Shown here in pieces: positions 49,766 to 55,128 of a DNA stretch of 55,128 nt. Both the position numbers and the translations under genes were made by a program. Position 1 is the stretch's first letter. Each line of letters starts with the position of its first letter. The notes under the pieces are model-generated. The model ran no database searches, had not been told where the DNA came from, and saw nothing but the letters and a program-made list of their open reading frames with translations. The stretch spans positions 1-55,128 of the forward strand of contig JACRCI010000115.1 in the NCBI GenBank assembly GCA_016219105.1, in the 5' to 3' direction. The DNA comes from Deltaproteobacteria bacterium (GTDB lineage: Bacteria; Desulfobacterota; GWC2-55-46; DRQE01).

Positions 49766-50461
49766 ATGGCTGGAAAAATCCCCGCTCTGTATCCCATAAT
49801 AGACGCGTCCCTGGTAAAGCGCTCCACCCCCGGTGCGCTTGAGATGGCCGCGAGGGACGTCCTTGCAGGCCTCGCCGGCCAACCCGCCGGCATAATACAG
49901 CTCAGGGCAAAGGAAACGGGTTCAGCCGAGTTCCTTGGTCTGGCAAGGATTTTGAGGAGAATCTGCCGGAACGCGACATTCATAGTGAACGACAGGGTGG
50001 ACGTGGCGCTCCTCGCCGGCGCGGACGGGGTGCACCTCGGCCAGGAGGACATACCCGCTCAGGCGGCGAGGAGACTCCTCGGCAGGGGAAAAATAATCGG
50101 GCTTTCCACCCATAACATAGAGGAGGCCCGTGAGGCCGAAAAACTCGCCCGCAAAGGCTTGGTTGACTACATATCGTTCGGCCCGGTGTTCCGCACCGGG
50201 ACAAAAAAAGACGCCCGGCCGCCTGTCGGGATAGCCGGGCTTAAAAAGGCGCGTAAAATCGTAACCTTCCCGCTCGTAGCTATAGGCGGCATAAACCGGG
50301 ATAACATGCCGTGGGCAATCGGGGCAGGGGCTGACTCGGTCGCCATTATATCCGCGATACTTGGCGCAAAGGATATCCGCTCGGAGACAAAGACCCTTGT
50401 CGAAAGATTGTCGGGATTATCCCCTCACCCCGTGGGCGCCGCGTCGCGCCCTTCCCGGTAA
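49766..50461 (+). CDS. thiE: thiamine-phosphate synthase
   Basis: LYPIID..., IQLRAKE, NDRVDVAL..GADGVHLGQED and GGI motifs. ATG 49766 follows AGGAAAG; the longer ORF-track N-terminus is antisense to the radical SAM gene. Confidence 0.9.
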   Translation: MAGKIPALYPIIDASLVKRSTPGALEMAARDVLAGLAGQPAGIIQLRAKETGSAEFLGLARILRRICRNATFIVNDRVDVALLAGADGVHLGQEDIPAQAARRLLGRGKIIGLSTHNIEEAREAEKLARKGLVDYISFGPVFRTGTKKDARPPVGIAGLKKARKIVTFPLVAIGGINRDNMPWAIGAGADSVAIISAILGAKDIRSETKTLVERLSGLSPHPVGAASRPSR

Positions 50462-50465
50462 AACC

Positions 50466-50497
50466 AAAGGGCAGGGGGATGAATCCCCCTGCCCTTT
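50466..50497. terminator. bidirectional hairpin terminator between convergent thiE and amtB
   Basis: AAAGGGCAGGGGG-ATGAAT-CCCCCTGCCCTTT, a 13-bp perfect stem with short flanking A/T runs. Confidence 0.75.
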
Positions 50498-50541
50498 AAA
50501 CCACCAGCACATCATAATGCGGCCTCGCGGGAAGATGCGGC

Positions 50542-52119
50542 TTATAAACCCGAGGTCTTGTGTATGGTGAAGTCCGGATAGGCCGTGACCGCCACCTCGT
50601 GCTCGTCGAGGCCGTCTATCTCCATCTCCGGCTGAACCCTGAGCGGTATTATCTTGTCGAGTATCTTGAAAAATACGTACATGACGACGAAGACGAATAC
50701 GAGGTTGGTTATGACCCCGGCAATCTGCGCGGCAAACTGGGACGCATCGCCGTAAAATAACCCACTTACGGCTCCCGCGACCCCGTTAAGCCCGTCGCCG
50801 TACGTGCCGTCGGCGAAAAGCCCCAAAGACAGAAGCCCCCACGCCCCGTTCACCCCGTGCACGGATATCGCGCCGACCGGGTCGTCAACCTTGAGCGTGC
50901 GCTCCACGAAGAACACGCTCAGGCAGAGGATCACCCCGGCTATGCCGCCGATAATGACCGCGGACACGGAATTCACGAAGGCGCACGGCGCCGTTATGGC
51001 CACAAGCCCGGCCAGTAATCCGTTGGCGGCCATCGAGATATCGGGCTTGCCGTAGAATATCCACATGTAAAACATAGCGAAAAAGGCGCCGGCCGCCGAT
51101 GCGAGCATGGTGTTCGTCGCCACAACGCCTATCCTCAAGTCCCCGCCCGCAAGTGACGAGCCCGCGTTAAAACCGAACCAGCCGAAGGCGAGGATGAAAC
51201 AGCCGGTTAGCGCCATTGGTATATGATGGCCCGGAATGGCGCGGGGTTTACCGTCCTTTCCGTATTTGCCTATCCTGGGGCCGAGGATAATCGCGCCCGC
51301 CAGCGCGGCCACCCCTCCGGTCATGTGAACGACCGAGGAGCCCGCGAAATCAACCGTGCCGTGGCCGAGGCTGAAGTTCTTTCCGAGTTGAGAGAGCCAC
51401 CCCCCTCCCCACACCCAGTTGGCGTAAAGCGGGTACGTGAACATCGAGATGAAAAACGCATAGACGACGAAAGACTTGAACGTCCATCTCTCGGCCATGG
51501 ACCCGGTCGGTATCGTGGCGGTCGTGTCCATGAACACCATCTGGAAGAGGAAGACCGTGAAAATAATGGCGTCGTATGTCATGCCGGAGAGGAAAAACCC
51601 CTTTGTCCCGAAAAGCCCGAAGTCCCTGCCGAAGAGGTTTATTACGAATTCCCCGTTGAGCGCCCCCCCTCCTCCGAGGGTCGCAACGCCGCCGACCCCT
51701 CCCATCTGAAGGGCGAAACCGCATATCCAGTAGCCGAGCATGCCTATGCCGTAGACCATGAAGTTCATGGCCATGGTATGTCCCGCGTTTTTGGCTCGCG
51801 TAAAGCCAGTTTCCGCCAGCGCGAACCCCGCCTGCATGAACATTACCAGAAAGCCGCAAACGAGCGTCCATACCACGTTTATGGCGATCCTGTTGTGCCC
51901 CACAACGTCCGCGAGCTTCAGCGCGAGCGGCTCCTGCGGCCCCAGGTTCTTGAGATCGTCGGCTGACGGGGCGTTTGCCGACGCACCCACAACGTCCGCA
52001 GCCCCGCCCGTCCTGACGCCTGACGGGTCGTTTGCGGCGTCATCGGCCAGGGCCGCAACCGGCATCACAAGGCATGCCAGTAATAACATCGTTGTCAAAA
52101 CCCTTTTAAGCATCTCCAT
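50542..52119 (-). CDS. amtB: ammonium transporter
   Basis: About 11 TM helices with Amt signature motifs (FAGSSVVHMTGG, GFNAGS, HGVNGAWG). The N-terminal signal peptide is followed by an Ala/Asp-rich extension. Confidence 0.93.
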   Translation of the reverse strand: MEMLKRVLTTMLLLACLVMPVAALADDAANDPSGVRTGGAADVVGASANAPSADDLKNLGPQEPLALKLADVVGHNRIAINVVWTLVCGFLVMFMQAGFALAETGFTRAKNAGHTMAMNFMVYGIGMLGYWICGFALQMGGVGGVATLGGGGALNGEFVINLFGRDFGLFGTKGFFLSGMTYDAIIFTVFLFQMVFMDTTATIPTGSMAERWTFKSFVVYAFFISMFTYPLYANWVWGGGWLSQLGKNFSLGHGTVDFAGSSVVHMTGGVAALAGAIILGPRIGKYGKDGKPRAIPGHHIPMALTGCFILAFGWFGFNAGSSLAGGDLRIGVVATNTMLASAAGAFFAMFYMWIFYGKPDISMAANGLLAGLVAITAPCAFVNSVSAVIIGGIAGVILCLSVFFVERTLKVDDPVGAISVHGVNGAWGLLSLGLFADGTYGDGLNGVAGAVSGLFYGDASQFAAQIAGVITNLVFVFVVMYVFFKILDKIIPLRVQPEMEIDGLDEHEVAVTAYPDFTIHKTSGL

Positions 52120-52159
52120 CCTCCGTAAAAAAGCATTTTGCCGACGCGCCCGGTTTTCC

Positions 52160-53375
<1,216 letters not shown>

Positions 53376-53551
53376 CTCGCTTCCTCCTTCTCTTTTTATT
53401 TAAAACAAAAAACGCATGCTCTCCCTTAAATCCCGGTGCCGGTGAAACGGCGCCTTTGCCGTAATAAAAAAACCCGGGCCGCGTCTTTGCAACCCTTTTT
53501 CAAGTCCGACGACTATCGGCCTGAACAAATTACGGGGTTCCCCTCACCCTG

Positions 53552-54265
53552 CTAAAGCCTCAGAAACCTTGAAAAAACGCTCCCGCCGTAGCGCTGAAGC
53601 GTCCCGATGCCCGCTCCGGTTTCTTTTTTGACGGCCGCCGGGTTGACCGCGCCTTTAAGCCCCTTGATCTCATCATCGTTCACCGTAAGCCACTCGCCTA
53701 TCATTTTCTCCGTGACCTCGAGATGGAACTGGAACGCGTAAGCCCTTTTACCGACGCGGAAAAGCTGGTTGGGGTAAATATCGCTCGATGCGAGGAGCGC
53801 CGCCCCGGGCGGCAGATCGAACGTGTCGCCGTGCCACTGGAAAACCATGAATTCCGAAGGCAGCCCTAAAAAGAGCCTGTCCCTCGCCCCCTCGGCCGTC
53901 AACCTGAGGGTGTACCAGCCTATCTCCTTTTTCCCGCCGGGGTATACCCGCGCGCCCGCGGCCCTCGCCATAAGCTGCGAGCCGAGGCACACGCCGAGCG
54001 TTGGAACGCCGCTCTTTAACGCCGACCCTATAAGGCGAAGCTCGTCTTTCAAAAACGGGTATTTATCGTCCTCATACGCCCCCATCGGCCCGCCGAGCAC
54101 TATGAGGATGGAGTTCTCCGCGACATCGCGCGGCACCGCCTCCCCCCTGTATACCCTCACTCTCCGGACAATAAACCCATTCCTTTCGAGGAAGTCCCCG
54201 AGTATGCCCGGCCCCTCGTGCGCGACATGCTGGATTATGACCGCGTCTCTCTTTTCATCTCTCAT
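53552..54265 (-). CDS. type 1 glutamine amidotransferase (GMP synthase-like GATase1 domain protein)
   Basis: LIVLGGPM and GVCLGSQL (nucleophile Cys) motifs and a FQFHLE His-Glu motif. Confidence 0.8.
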   Translation of the reverse strand: MRDEKRDAVIIQHVAHEGPGILGDFLERNGFIVRRVRVYRGEAVPRDVAENSILIVLGGPMGAYEDDKYPFLKDELRLIGSALKSGVPTLGVCLGSQLMARAAGARVYPGGKKEIGWYTLRLTAEGARDRLFLGLPSEFMVFQWHGDTFDLPPGAALLASSDIYPNQLFRVGKRAYAFQFHLEVTEKMIGEWLTVNDDEIKGLKGAVNPAAVKKETGAGIGTLQRYGGSVFSRFLRL

Positions 54266-54846
54266 TACGATTGTCCGCCCTCTTTCAGCGAAGAAACTAT
54301 TATCTCCGAGACCTCTTTCATCGTCATGCGCCTGTCCATGCTTATCTTCCGTATCCTCGAATATGCCTCGGCCTCGGTTATCCTGTCTTTTTCCATCAAA
54401 AGCCCCTTGGCCTTCTCAACGAACTTCCTGGTCTCGATGGTGTTTTTGAGGTCAACGTTTTCCTTCCTTAGCTTCAGATACTCACCGTGCCTCGATATGG
54501 CAAGCTCTATGGCCGCGAAAAGCTCCTCCTCCCTTACGGGCTTTACGAGGTATGCCATGACCCCGGCCTCGGCCGCTCTCCTTACGGTGTCCTCGTCTTC
54601 CCTCCCGGTGATGAGCACCACGGGGACTGACGAGTGCCTGTTTATCTCGGTTGCCGCCTCAATCCCGTCTTTGCCCGGCATCTTAATGTCCATTATCACG
54701 ACGTCAGGGTTGTACGTTGAGCATATACCGAGCGCTTCGGAGCCGTCGGCCCCCTCGGATGCGACCGTGTAGCCCCGTTCATTAAGGAACCCTCTAAGGA
54801 CCTGCCTCGCGGAAGGGTCGTCGTCTATTATCGCCACCTTCCTCAT
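54265..54846 (-). CDS. ANTAR-domain response regulator (AmiR/NasR-type antiterminator)
   Basis: Receiver domain (KVAIIDDD...DVVIMDIKMPG) plus a C-terminal ANTAR helix pattern (KAKGLLMEK...EAEAYSRIRKISMD). Start placed at ATG 54846. Confidence 0.85.
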   Translation of the reverse strand: MRKVAIIDDDPSARQVLRGFLNERGYTVASEGADGSEALGICSTYNPDVVIMDIKMPGKDGIEAATEINRHSSVPVVLITGREDEDTVRRAAEAGVMAYLVKPVREEELFAAIELAISRHGEYLKLRKENVDLKNTIETRKFVEKAKGLLMEKDRITEAEAYSRIRKISMDRRMTMKEVSEIIVSSLKEGGQS

Positions 54847-54859
54847 GCGAGAAGATAAT

Positions 54860-54875
54860 AGCAAAAGCCGTGCCA
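54860..54875 (-). promoter_or_regulatory. sigma-54 (-24/-12) promoter
   Basis: Minus strand reads TGGCAC-GGCTT-TTGCT, an exact match to the TGGCAC-N5-TTGCW consensus. The -12 GC lies about 15 nt upstream of ATG 54846. Confidence 0.7.
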
Positions 54876-55000
54876 GCCCTTAAAATCGGGGTTTTTAACG
54901 GTATGAAGGGAAAAAATGATTTTTTTTAAGGCAGGGGTGAGTAAATTTTGTGCAATATGAAAGGGAAGGGATGCCGGGATTTTGCCCTTCTAAGGAAGGT

Positions 55001-55128
55001 CTGATTAATTCCCAGTCCCGTCATTGCGAGCGCAGCGAAGCAATCTCGTCCTATAGGCAAATCAGTGAGTTACGAGATTGCTTCGCCGCAAAAACGCGGC
55101 TCGCAATGACAAAAAGAGAATTAATCAG
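55001..55128. repeat. 128-bp nested palindromic (MITE/REP-like) element ending exactly at the window end
   Basis: Three nested inverted repeats: CTGATTAATTC/GAATTAATCAG (termini), GTCATTGCGAGC/GCTCGCAATGAC and GAAGCAATCTCGT/ACGAGATTGCTTC. Confidence 0.7.

Noticed and set aside
53427-53441. Sigma-54-like element CGGCAC-CGGGA-TTTA upstream of the porin-glnK-amtB unit
   Set aside because: It lacks the essential -12 GC dinucleotide, so it is only a half-site match.

Overview
The window is 55.1 kb of GC-rich bacterial chromosome, probably a metagenome-assembled contig. It is densely packed with housekeeping genes, and about 50 of roughly 55 genes lie on the minus strand. All calls come from reading the ORF translations and the DNA by eye; no similarity search or GC computation was run.

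Recognisable blocks:
- rsmA-tsaD
- comM, a cobC-like phosphatase and cobO
- rpoD-dnaG-mutS2
- mglA-mglB next to a four-subunit pyruvate:ferredoxin oxidoreductase operon (porGDAB)
- recR-ybaB-dnaX-SRP RNA, followed by two tRNA-Ser genes
- rodZ and a pilW-like TPR gene, then rlmN and ndk
- groES-groEL with a perfect CIRCE operator
- a visibly more AT-rich islet carrying hicBA, an MFS transporter and an HD-domain gene
- uvrA
- a nitrogen module: ntrBC, a porin-like gene with glnK-amtB, and a glutamine amidotransferase with an ANTAR response regulator behind a consensus sigma-54 promoter
- mtnA and mtnP, a LysM lytic transglycosylase, a B12-binding radical SAM gene and thiE

No CRISPR array, transposase, integrase, phage gene or canonical defence operon was seen.

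The most unusual signal is a DNA-level repeat. A ~23-bp GC-rich motif (CCGTCGAGGNCGGCTGGTTGGCC and variants, often in 21-bp tandem units) sits in-frame inside at least eight unrelated conserved genes. These are the yyaL-like gene, mutS2, porG, dnaX, a Zn-ribbon peptidase, rodZ and the mltD-like gene, plus a possible intergenic copy. It occurs in both orientations and is translated in four different reading frames, always in linker or loop regions.

Other notable points:
- a homopolymer (T9) frameshift splitting rodZ
- a near-leaderless sigma-54 transcript for the ANTAR regulator
- a sensor-globin::PsiE membrane fusion
- palindromic MITE/REP-like elements, one exactly at the contig end
- AT-rich hairpin plus U-tract structures directly in front of both tRNA genes
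- an 18-bp triplication at the 5' end of the yqeY-like gene

The ORF track uses GTG/TTG as well as ATG starts. Several starts were moved to downstream ATGs that fit conserved N-termini or RBS positions.
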